DNA of 32,000 bases from Massilicoli timonensis (GTDB taxonomy: Bacteria > Bacillota_I > Bacilli_A > Erysipelotrichales > Erysipelotrichaceae). The first letter of the stretch is position 1, and every line of letters starts with the position of its first letter. Positions 8,301 to 15,120 of this stretch are shown piece after piece. The position numbers and the translations under genes were made by a program. A model generated the notes under the pieces. The model searched no databases. It was not told the DNA's origin and was given only the letters and a program-made list of their open reading frames with translations. The stretch spans positions 543,272-575,271 of the forward strand of contig NZ_LT963434.1 of NCBI RefSeq assembly GCF_900199515.1, written 5' to 3'.

Positions 8301-11300
8301 GCAGCTTTGCCTCAAACTGGTTTTTCGCATCCAGCGTTACCTGCTCTTCACGCATGCCGCTTATGACAAAATGGAAGGTTTCCTTTTCATCAGGACAGCC
8401 GGCACCATCGATCCGCTTGCATAGGGTGAGCGTATATTCCGGCGCTGCTTCCGCTAACGGCGTGTTGATGAGCATGATATCCAGATCATGATCGCTTAAT
8501 GCAAAGGTACCCATTTCCTGCTCTTTGCCATTGATGATGAATGAAGCGTCATAGCAGTCATCCATCCCTTCTTTGATCTCATAGCAGCCCTGCTCCAGAT
8601 CATCAAATACCGCACACCAGCCGCTGCCGGCATCCATGGTCGCATACTGCTTCATGCCGTTTTCCGCGATCAGACAGATTTCAAAGCATTCATCCTGCAT
8701 CGGGCGCCGCAGCATGCCGTTATGACGGATCCATTTTTCTACACACAGCGTGTGACGCAGACAGCAGTGCGCAATGATCTGGATCGAAAGCGGTCGATTT
8801 CCCACCTCAAAGCGGCCGGAACTGCTCTCTTTGCCATTGATGCACAGCGTAATATCCAAATCGTTCTCCTCCGCGATCTCATAGACCCCGCTACGCAGAA
8901 GCATGCACTGTTCAAAATCATTGTCGGCGCTGAGCGTAAAGCAGCACTCTTCCTCCTGTGAGCGCAGATAGAAGGTACTTGGATCACACAGCGGCAAGGC
9001 GCAGCCGTTTTCATCGACCAACCGCTGTTCAAAGCATACGCGGGTCTTGGTTTCCAAATAATTGACGATATCGACTTTCACATCTTCCTGTCCTACTGTA
9101 AAAGTATGATCGCTTGGCGCATTGTTTACATACATGTCGAAATCACAGCCGTCTTCTTCTACATAGTAAGTGCCCTGCTGCATATCGTGCAAGACATAAC
9201 AATATCCGTTATCCGCATGCAAAGTGATCGCCGCATCAAAGCATTTGTTGTAGATGCGCAGATGATAGCTTTCCTCTTTCGGGGTGAAACGACGTTCGCC
9301 ATCACTCACGAATTTACGCAGCGTTACCCGCTGTGCGCAGCACGGCATCTGATTTTCCAGTACGACATGCACATCACTGTCTTTGACGACCACATTCGCA
9401 TAAGGCCGACATACGCCCTCTACCACATAGCGAACCAAACAGCCATTATCGCTCAGCTGGGTAATGCGATAGGTTCCTTGCGGCAGGTCCGTCAAACACA
9501 TGCACCAGTTGTTGTCTTCATTCAATTCGATTTCTTCCTCATATGCACAGGATTGTAAGCATACGCGCAGCGCTTCTCCCATTTCACAGGTATTGCCATC
9601 GCCATCCACAAACAGCGCTTCGATCTGCAATGCAGCCCGCGGCGTTTCTTCGTTGATGATCGCCACCTCATGATCATTGCCGCACACCATGACGCTCGCG
9701 CATTCTCCTTTCGGAAGCGCTTTGCCATTTACCACATATTGCGCTTCTTCATGCAGCTCACTGATGCGGTAGCAGCCTTCCTCCAAACGATCCAAAAGGG
9801 CACAGAAGCCATTGCCCGCATGCAGACAGAGTGAATACATCTGATGATCGCTTTCCACGATGACCTCATAACGCTGGGTGGTATCCGGTCTTACCAGATC
9901 GCCGCATGCCGTATTGATCCATTTTGATACGCTCAAGCTGCCATAACGCTGCCCTTTGTTTCGATTATAGACCGCGATCTCTTTACAGTCACCGCCCTCT
10001 AAACAAACCCTGCCATGATTTTGCATACAGCCGTGATCGACACTGAAGCAGACCTCATCGCAGCTGCCGTGTTCCTTCAATTCATAACAGCCCGGGCACA
10101 AATGGTCAATGACCGCATACCAGTTGTTTTCACAGTTTAATGTGATCATATTGCGATAATCAAATCCTCGCAGGGAAAAATAGAATACATCGGCTTCATC
10201 TGGACGATGCCAGCACCCGTCCTCTTTCATCACATACTTGCTGATGATCAGTTTTCCGCTCGCTTTCCGTTCGTTGATGATCTCTACAAGCGTGCGGCAT
10301 TCCGGATCGATTTCCACACATGCTTCACTTTGCATGCGACCGCGGTTGATCCGATAATTCACTTCATATTCACAATCACACTGTTCCTCGATCGTATAAG
10401 TGCCTGCACATAAACAGCCGATATCCACGCTCCAGCTGTTAGATGCGTTCAGATAATAAACATCGTCTTTCCCACATCCGCACACACGCACCGCAAATGC
10501 TTCATCGCAGGCCGGATCCACCTCCAGCCCATATTCGTCCCTGATAAATTTGCGGATCTTCAAATTCCCCTGCATATCGGCAGGCGTATGATCACAGCGG
10601 ATCAGCTCGATCAGATGCTCGCCGCCCTCTAAGCGCAATAACGCATAGTTTTCCTTGACCCGATCACAGTCCACCTGATAACATAAACCATCATCATCGC
10701 TTTGGATGCTGTAAACACCGTTTGGCAGATCATCCAGTTCCAGCAGATAATGATTTTCTCTGCACAGCGTAAACCACTCATCAAAGCAGTGATCGCTGCT
10801 TACGATATGCACCCGTGTTTCGCTTTCCTCACAATCCGAAGCAAAGCGCACCGTCAAGATCGAACAATGCGTCATCACTTCATTGATTACCAGCGTATGA
10901 TCCCCTTCTAATAAAAAGCGGCAGTCGCTGACTTCACCATCTAAATAATGACACACTTCTCCCTCATATACATTTTCATCACACAATTCATATACGCCCT
11001 GCATGAGACCCTTGCATTCCGCACGCCAGTCATTCCGGCAGTCTAACGTCATGCAAATATCCCGGGTCGGTGTATGCAGCGTATAAGTAAACACTTCGTC
11101 TTCCTCATGCGAAATCGTATCGCCGATCGGATTTTGACGCATCAGTACAAGGGAAAGCGATGCATAGCGCAGCTGTTCCATCACGATCAGCACTTCATGC
11201 ACTTCCTTGCATACGGTGAATTTCGCAAAGTTCTCCTGCGCTTCCACCCCATCCACAAAATAACTGATCGCATACTGCTCCTGATTCATCAATGGATCAC

Positions 11301-11571
11301 CGCACGCATCCGCAATCGAGATGCTGACCAGCTCCGGATCCACATCATAGATCACACTTTCCCCGCTGCCGTTTTCCGCCACTTGGATCGCATAGTGCTG
11401 CGTTCTTCCTGAAACTGTCCCCATGACGGCCTGGTACATGCCGCCCATCGCCTGTCCGTTTTCATCTTTCACTTCCAAAGTAACGTGAATTTGACTTTTA
11501 TCCTTCAATTCGACATGGTTGAGCAGTGCAAACCGGGCAAACTGTCGTGTATAAATACCCCATGTTTTCAT
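5365..11571 (-). CDS. Giant (2,068 aa) tandem-repeat protein of about 20 consecutive ~100-aa beta-sandwich modules (CnaB/SpaA prealbumin-like adhesin-stalk type). No signal peptide, LPXTG or other anchor is recognisable.
   Basis: A single uninterrupted ORF with a strong RBS (GAAGGAGGAAACGG-ATG). The recurring module pattern is [SN]-L-x-[IL]-x-K ... F-x-V-x-[IV] ... N-x-[WF] ... L-x-x-G-x-Y-x-[IV]-x-E ... Y-x-[VI]-[DN]-G ... H-x-V-x-I-I-N. The N-terminus MKTWGIYTRQFARFALLNHVELKD has no hydrophobic h-region. The C-terminus ...INRESSVNATTVKMVLE has no sorting signal. Confidence 0.9.
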   Translation of the reverse strand: MKTWGIYTRQFARFALLNHVELKDKSQIHVTLEVKDENGQAMGGMYQAVMGTVSGRTQHYAIQVAENGSGESVIYDVDPELVSISIADACGDPLMNQEQYAISYFVDGVEAQENFAKFTVCKEVHEVLIVMEQLRYASLSLVLMRQNPIGDTISHEEDEVFTYTLHTPTRDICMTLDCRNDWRAECKGLMQGVYELCDENVYEGEVCHYLDGEVSDCRFLLEGDHTLVINEVMTHCSILTVRFASDCEESETRVHIVSSDHCFDEWFTLCRENHYLLELDDLPNGVYSIQSDDDGLCYQVDCDRVKENYALLRLEGGEHLIELIRCDHTPADMQGNLKIRKFIRDEYGLEVDPACDEAFAVRVCGCGKDDVYYLNASNSWSVDIGCLCAGTYTIEEQCDCEYEVNYRINRGRMQSEACVEIDPECRTLVEIINERKASGKLIISKYVMKEDGCWHRPDEADVFYFSLRGFDYRNMITLNCENNWYAVIDHLCPGCYELKEHGSCDEVCFSVDHGCMQNHGRVCLEGGDCKEIAVYNRNKGQRYGSLSVSKWINTACGDLVRPDTTQRYEVIVESDHQMYSLCLHAGNGFCALLDRLEEGCYRISELHEEAQYVVNGKALPKGECASVMVCGNDHEVAIINEETPRAALQIEALFVDGDGNTCEMGEALRVCLQSCAYEEEIELNEDNNWCMCLTDLPQGTYRITQLSDNGCLVRYVVEGVCRPYANVVVKDSDVHVVLENQMPCCAQRVTLRKFVSDGERRFTPKEESYHLRIYNKCFDAAITLHADNGYCYVLHDMQQGTYYVEEDGCDFDMYVNNAPSDHTFTVGQEDVKVDIVNYLETKTRVCFEQRLVDENGCALPLCDPSTFYLRSQEEECCFTLSADNDFEQCMLLRSGVYEIAEENDLDITLCINGKESSSGRFEVGNRPLSIQIIAHCCLRHTLCVEKWIRHNGMLRRPMQDECFEICLIAENGMKQYATMDAGSGWCAVFDDLEQGCYEIKEGMDDCYDASFIINGKEQEMGTFALSDHDLDIMLINTPLAEAAPEYTLTLCKRIDGAGCPDEKETFHFVISGMREEQVTLDAKNQFEAKLRLPKGEYQIKEENADPMQVTYYLNGQQLAKGAFHLKGNSSLVALNERPKEVGNLHLRAFAIDEEGNESALDVSKIEVQIEGIGTSKTITLKAMEGFAQSVALEKGRYEVSAQSLEQYEKRNYRIDGGKLRSYAFICMRDEDISVEIIYSKMKGSSLQISKFIKDEACGCLIKPQEQEVFQVEVSGEMRKTLILSSSNHWSETLHDLRSGDYLISETGSDRYLTTYLVDGVYQENGHVRLGDGHHQVQIINTPIAQSGSITLTKRLRGAGNTLIEPTRRDRFVFMVEGDQYREEVILDRSNAFQSVLEDLPAGVYTIREAQGGRVTYLIDGEDVGSIAQISVQSDKHQVIAINESRSGGQLRIDKVMRRLDGTLARPQTDQRFTVHITRSGFSEFYELNEANNWILELSLDNGLYVVNEIGGAYDTTYILDGQGETSFGNVQIQDDVHYLQIINTERRTATGSIALSKKVRDENGVLQDPPMSASYDFLISAPRFQETVTLDQSNRFRMVLNNLEPRTYVISEQGEEASFIIDGGYEVDFANVQVNGDAHTVLVINAMPAFGNLRLEKVMRSPQGVLVSPQSDQSFEIHISKAGYNEYFVLNEANQWRLQLQLEPGTYHIRENDDRYETTYVIDGQSEVSYANVTIDAQVHDVQIINTQRSTNLHISKTIRSAAGDIRTPSDEQSFRVHISASGFNEFYDLNANNYFALDLTLPDGQYVINEVSGGYDTTYIVDGQSEVGYANVTIQGDNHNVQIINNEQSGGGSLLISKYVKAADGTYTRPSATDSFEVTLSSENFYQIYTLNADNLFTETIDHLPAGIYDVVESGSASDTVRYVVDSGAAGDNARFVINNSAHTVRILNERGSSQSSIQLLKFIRRGDDYVKPQPEEVFTVRISGAYETDVILDASNNWDYTLQDLPQGDYKVEEISGRYPIVRYSLNGGNPLPVCEFTIVSDSRYLVGIINRESSVNATTVKMVLE

Positions 11572-11805
11572 CCGTTTCCTCCTTCTTCATTGAAAACACA
11601 TACTGATTACACTGCATTATATGAACGAATGCCCAAAATTGTGCCCATATCCCGGAAATTAGCCTAAGATTTATCGAAATGCACTAAAATGACATGCACT
11701 GTTTGGCTACAACGCATTTATCTGTACTGCTCATCTTGCCGATATCTATAAAAATAATCCTTTTTTATCAGAAGGCTTTATGCCCTTGCGGCCTTTGCTT
11801 GATCA

Positions 11806-11836
11806 AACAAAAAAAACAGCCTGACGACTGTTTTGA
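11806..11836 (-). terminator. Weak rho-independent terminator after the 281-aa membrane-protein gene
   Basis: The minus strand reads AAAACAG-ucgucagg-CUGUUUU followed by UUUUG (rc of 11806-11834). The stem is AU-rich, so confidence is modest. Confidence 0.4.
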
Positions 11837-11848
11837 TCATAAAACACT

Positions 11849-12694
11849 TTATTTTTTCTTTCGCTTCTGTAGCGACGGCGCTTCTTCGATCAAAAAGAAA
11901 TTGTCTTTCGCATCTTCATACAGCAGCGCATAAAATGTATAAATATAAGCATACAGATAACTATTGACGACCAGCTGCACCGCCTGCACACCCAATAGCG
12001 CATATCCGATCATCAAGGTCTTTTCATATTGCAAAGCATGATACATCACACTGCCGCTTGCCATGATCGCGTTCAGCTCTTCGCTGCTCGGATTTAAGAT
12101 CTCAAGAAACTGGGCAGTCAGTAAATTGGTTACGACCATCAATGTCAGATAGACCAGAATATAAACACCTGCCGCCTGCAACATCTCTTTGGCAAAAGAG
12201 CGGACAAAGCGGATACTGGAAAGACAGATCTTAAAAATACCGCGATAGCCGTCGCTGATCGCAAAGGCCGCGATCGCTTCGACCATCATGACCAAAAGCG
12301 ATACGAAAAATACGCCTACCGCATACAGCGATGGAATCCATTGCAGCGCCAAAGCCACCACAAACAGCAGCGCCACATTGCCAAGTCCCAAGATGATCGC
12401 GACCAAAAACATCGCCAGTATCTGTGCGCCGTTTAAGCGCAGTGCGCGAAAGCGAAGCGTCTTTGTTCTCGTTAATTGCAAAAATAACATATATACATAT
12501 AAATTAGCGGCGATCAATACAACCGTAATAAGAAAAGAAACGATCTTAAAGTTGTCATTTCCACTGTAAAAAGAGGAAAGCATCGAATTTAACATCGAAA
12601 TAAAATTCAGTGTCAAGATCACCGCAAACAATTTCATACGCGAGCTTTGTAACAGCTCCATCGCTTTCTTTTTATAACTATCGTAACGACTCAT
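11849..12694 (-). CDS. Polytopic integral membrane protein of unknown function (DUF975-like by recollection)
   Basis: Trimmed from ORF 11849..12721 to the ATG at 12694, which follows the RBS GAAGGAG at 7-nt spacing. There are about six hydrophobic segments. The N-terminus MSRYDSYKKKAMELLQSSRMKLFAVIL resembles the DUF975 family start. Confidence 0.7.
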   Translation of the reverse strand: MSRYDSYKKKAMELLQSSRMKLFAVILTLNFISMLNSMLSSFYSGNDNFKIVSFLITVVLIAANLYVYMLFLQLTRTKTLRFRALRLNGAQILAMFLVAIILGLGNVALLFVVALALQWIPSLYAVGVFFVSLLVMMVEAIAAFAISDGYRGIFKICLSSIRFVRSFAKEMLQAAGVYILVYLTLMVVTNLLTAQFLEILNPSSEELNAIMASGSVMYHALQYEKTLMIGYALLGVQAVQLVVNSYLYAYIYTFYALLYEDAKDNFFLIEEAPSLQKRKKK

Positions 12695-12781
12695 ATAATC
12701 TCCTTCTATCATTTCTAACATGCGTTATCATCATATCCTAAATCAAGCAAAAAAGCAACTTCTCTCTTTACTAGCATAAAC

Positions 12782-12806
12782 AAAAAAAGAAGCCGTATGA
12801 CTTCTT
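12782..12806 (-). terminator. Rho-independent terminator after the 153-aa membrane-protein gene
   Basis: Stem aagaag (12787-12792) pairs with cttctt (12801-12806). The minus-strand transcript continues UUUUUGUUU. Confidence 0.55.
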
Positions 12807-12820
12807 CTCTGCCTATTTGT

Positions 12821-13282
12821 TCATGCGTGAACTTTTGATTTACGCACTTCCGCCTTACCGGCTTTCTGATGGAAATACTTTTTCATCTTCATTGGAGAAA
12901 GCGAGCGAAAGACGATCTTTTCACCGTTTTTGAGCGATACATGCACACGGTCGGTATCAAAGCGCCCGCGTTCATATGTCCAAGAAGCGATCTCATCCCA
13001 GAATACGATATAACACTCCTGTGGATCACGCTCATTGTAAAAGACGACAAAATCTTCATAAAATTCCGTCATTACCTGATTTTTATTGACCAGCAGATAA
13101 TACAGAAAGATCCCGATCAACAATATGCCAAACAGCAAATTCGAGCGATAGGCTATATAAATGCCGAGCAATAAAAAGAAAATAATAAATCCATAGGGCT
13201 TTGACTGAATATCTCCCAATTTATAATCACGTTCAGGAAGATTTCTCACTTTCAGCTTCTTACTTTTCAATTCCACAAGCAT
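12821..13282 (-). CDS. Small membrane protein with a two-TM hairpin plus a C-terminal soluble domain (bacterial PH / YdbS-like architecture)
   Basis: ORF-track protein with the hydrophobic pair GFIIFFLLLGIYIAY and LLFGILLIGIFLYYLLV, followed by an ~85-aa soluble domain. The RBS GAGGTGG abuts the ATG, so the GTG two codons downstream is an alternative start. Confidence 0.65.
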   Translation of the reverse strand: MLVELKSKKLKVRNLPERDYKLGDIQSKPYGFIIFFLLLGIYIAYRSNLLFGILLIGIFLYYLLVNKNQVMTEFYEDFVVFYNERDPQECYIVFWDEIASWTYERGRFDTDRVHVSLKNGEKIVFRSLSPMKMKKYFHQKAGKAEVRKSKVHA

Positions 13283-13303
13283 CCACCTCTATCAACGTCA
13301 TCT

Positions 13304-13332
13304 ATTATATTCTATTGTAATTACAAGCGCAA
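13304..13332 (-). promoter_or_regulatory. Putative sigma-A promoter of the 153-aa membrane-protein gene
   Basis: Minus strand: TTGCGC (rc 13327-13332), 17-nt spacer, TATAAT (rc 13304-13309). The -35 hexamer abuts the left copy of the IS target duplication. Confidence 0.4.
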
Positions 13333-13359
13333 TTTTATGCAAGACAATCACATAATTTC
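13332..13359. repeat. 28-bp target-site duplication, left copy (attttatgcaagacaatcacataatttc)
   Basis: Identical to 14885-14912. The two copies immediately flank the IS. Confidence 0.85.
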
Positions 13360-13382
13360 TATGAATCGAAAATGATAATGTC
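13360..13382. repeat. IS left terminal inverted repeat
   Basis: tatgaatcgaaaatgataatgtc aligns with the rc of the right end gtcaagcgaaaatgaaaatgtc, about 17 of 20 core positions identical. Confidence 0.7.
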
Positions 13383-13451
13383 TTAATGAAACGAAATTGA
13401 ATTTGTCCCAAAAGTGATATATGATAAACCTTTCGTGAAAGAGAGGTTAAT

Positions 13452-14852
13452 ATGAGAGAGGTTGTATTAAGAATGAAAGAACAATATAAATATGAAATTA
13501 TTAAAAAATTAGTTGATACCAACGGAAACAAGAAAAACGCTGCTTTGAAATTGCATTGCACGATCCGTACCGTGAATCGTTTGATTCTGTTATATCAGAA
13601 TGAAGGAAAAGAAGGTTTTATCCATAAGAATAGAAACAGGAAACCTTCTACCACTATTCCTGAAGATACAAGACGTAAAGTGATCGATCTGTATCGTACT
13701 AAATATCATGATGCCAATTTTACTCATTTTTCTGAACTCCTTTTGAAGAATGAGAATATTTCTGTTAGTGATTCTACCATTAAGAAATGGTTATTTGATG
13801 AAGGGATCCTTTCTCCTAAAGCAAGAAAGAAAACGATCAAAAAAATGAAATCTATCTTGAGCGAGCATAAGAAACGATCAAATTCTAAAAAAGAACTGGT
13901 TAAGATCGAGGAAAAACTTGAACGCTTAGATAGATCTGATGCTCATCCTCGCCGTCCTCGTTGTGCTTACTTTGGTGAATTGATTCAGATGGATGCCTCT
14001 CCTCACCTTTGGTTTGGTGATACCATCTCCCATCTTCATTTAGCGATCGATGATGCCACCGGTATGATCGTGGGTGCTTATTTTGATCGTCAGGAAACAT
14101 TAAATGCTTATTATCAAATTACCTACCAGATACTCACTGCTTATGGCATCCCCGCTAAGTTCTTCACAGATCGTCGTACTGTTTTTGAATACAAAAGAAA
14201 AAACGCATCTTCTGATGAAGAAGACACGTTTACACAGTTCTCTTATGCCTGTCATCAATTAGGGATCGAATTAGAATGTTCAAGCGTTCCGCAAGCAAAA
14301 GGGCGTGTAGAACGCTTGAACCAAACCCTGCAATCTCGTTTACCTATTGAACTTAGACTTGCAGGTATTTCCACCATAGAGGAAGCCAACGAGTTCTTAA
14401 ACTCCTACATAAAAGAATTCAATGACATGTTCTCTCTACCCTTAAATAATACTAAAACAGTATTTGAAAAGCAACCGGAGAACACAAAAATCAATCAAAT
14501 CTTAGCTGTATTGAGTACACGTAAAATAGACAACGGTCACTGTATACGCTATAAGAACAAGTATTACATACCTGTTACAAAAAATGGAATCAGGACATAC
14601 TTGAAAAAAGGTACTACAGCCATGGTCATCGAATCCTTTGAAGGAAGTTTATATGTCAATATTCTTGATCAGCTTTTCGTTATGGTAGAAATTCCTGAAC
14701 ATGAAGAACTGTCTAAAACTTTTGATGTACAATATGAGAAACCTAAACAAAGAAAGTACTATATACCGCCTATGTCACATCCTTGGAAACATGCTTCTTA
14801 TCTCAATTATGTGGCAAAACAAAAGCACCGAATGAATGGTGCTAATGTTTGA
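13452..14852 (+). CDS. DDE (rve integrase-core) transposase with an N-terminal HTH
   Basis: The N-terminal MKEQYKYEIIKKLVDTNGNKKNAALKLHCTIRTVNRL is HTH-like. Candidate DDE residues are in IQMDASPH, FFTDRRTVF and KGRVERLNQTLQ. RBS is GAGAGG. The family call (ISNCY/IS1202 group) is from memory of similar annotated proteins, not from a search. Confidence 0.9.
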   Translation: MREVVLRMKEQYKYEIIKKLVDTNGNKKNAALKLHCTIRTVNRLILLYQNEGKEGFIHKNRNRKPSTTIPEDTRRKVIDLYRTKYHDANFTHFSELLLKNENISVSDSTIKKWLFDEGILSPKARKKTIKKMKSILSEHKKRSNSKKELVKIEEKLERLDRSDAHPRRPRCAYFGELIQMDASPHLWFGDTISHLHLAIDDATGMIVGAYFDRQETLNAYYQITYQILTAYGIPAKFFTDRRTVFEYKRKNASSDEEDTFTQFSYACHQLGIELECSSVPQAKGRVERLNQTLQSRLPIELRLAGISTIEEANEFLNSYIKEFNDMFSLPLNNTKTVFEKQPENTKINQILAVLSTRKIDNGHCIRYKNKYYIPVTKNGIRTYLKKGTTAMVIESFEGSLYVNILDQLFVMVEIPEHEELSKTFDVQYEKPKQRKYYIPPMSHPWKHASYLNYVAKQKHRMNGANV

Positions 14853-14862
14853 CTTTTTTTGG

Positions 14863-14884
14863 GACATTTTCATTTTCGCTTGAC
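14863..14884. repeat. IS right terminal inverted repeat
   Basis: The rc reads gtcaagcgaaaatgaaaatgtc and pairs with 13360-13382. Confidence 0.7.
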
Positions 14885-14912
14885 ATTTTATGCAAGACAA
14901 TCACATAATTTC
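14885..14912. repeat. 28-bp target-site duplication, right copy
   Basis: Identical to 13332-13359. Confidence 0.85.
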
Positions 14913-15049
14913 ACTTCGTTTTTTGCACTTTTTTGTCAAATATCCACAAAATCCGGATAGAAAAGGATAGAAATAAAAGACAAGAAGCGATCCATGTAAG
15001 AAACAAGAACGCGAAAAGAGCCATAATATTTAGTTTGCTTGCGGCATGT

Positions 15050-15082
15050 AAAAAATAAAGCGGATGATCGAGATCCGCTTTT
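15050..15082 (-). terminator. Rho-independent terminator after the GH25 gene
   Basis: Stem aaagcggat (15057-15065) pairs with atccgcttt (15073-15081). The minus-strand transcript ends UUUAUUUUUU. Confidence 0.65.
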
Positions 15083-15120
15083 CTTATGGCAAGTCGATCA
15101 AGTGAAAGCGGCTGCATCGA

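Larger units (their letters stand above)
13360..14884 (+). mobile_element. Insertion sequence (~1.5 kb) with an rve/DDE transposase, IS1202-group (ISNCY)-like
   Basis: Bounded by imperfect terminal inverted repeats and by a perfect 28-bp direct repeat. It carries a single transposase gene. A subterminal copy of the end motif (cgaaattgaatttgtcccaaaag, about 13393-13416) resembles the right end. Boundaries are good to +/-1 bp. Confidence 0.85.

Noticed and set aside
5740-11412. Numerous plus-strand ORFs inside the giant gene (e.g. 6025..6468, 7264..7962, 9106..9558, 11074..11412)
   Set aside because: They are antisense to a long, strongly supported ORF. They repeat with the same 300-bp periodicity, which makes them mirror images of the sense repeats. 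They lack RBSs and have low-complexity I/R/D/H-rich compositions. I treat them as artefacts of codon bias.
13298-13561. Minus-strand 87-aa ORF crossing the left IS boundary
   Set aside because: It spans host DNA, the target duplication, the IS inverted repeat and the transposase 5' end in antisense. It is AT-rich nonsense with no RBS.
14911-15117. 68-aa hydrophobic ORF downstream of the GH25 gene, considered as a possible holin
   Set aside because: Its 5' half overlaps the GH25 terminator hairpin (15050-15082). The internal ATG at 15024 has no RBS and no room for a promoter. At most it is a 37-aa peptide, with no dual-start or charged C-terminal holin features beyond a KK motif.
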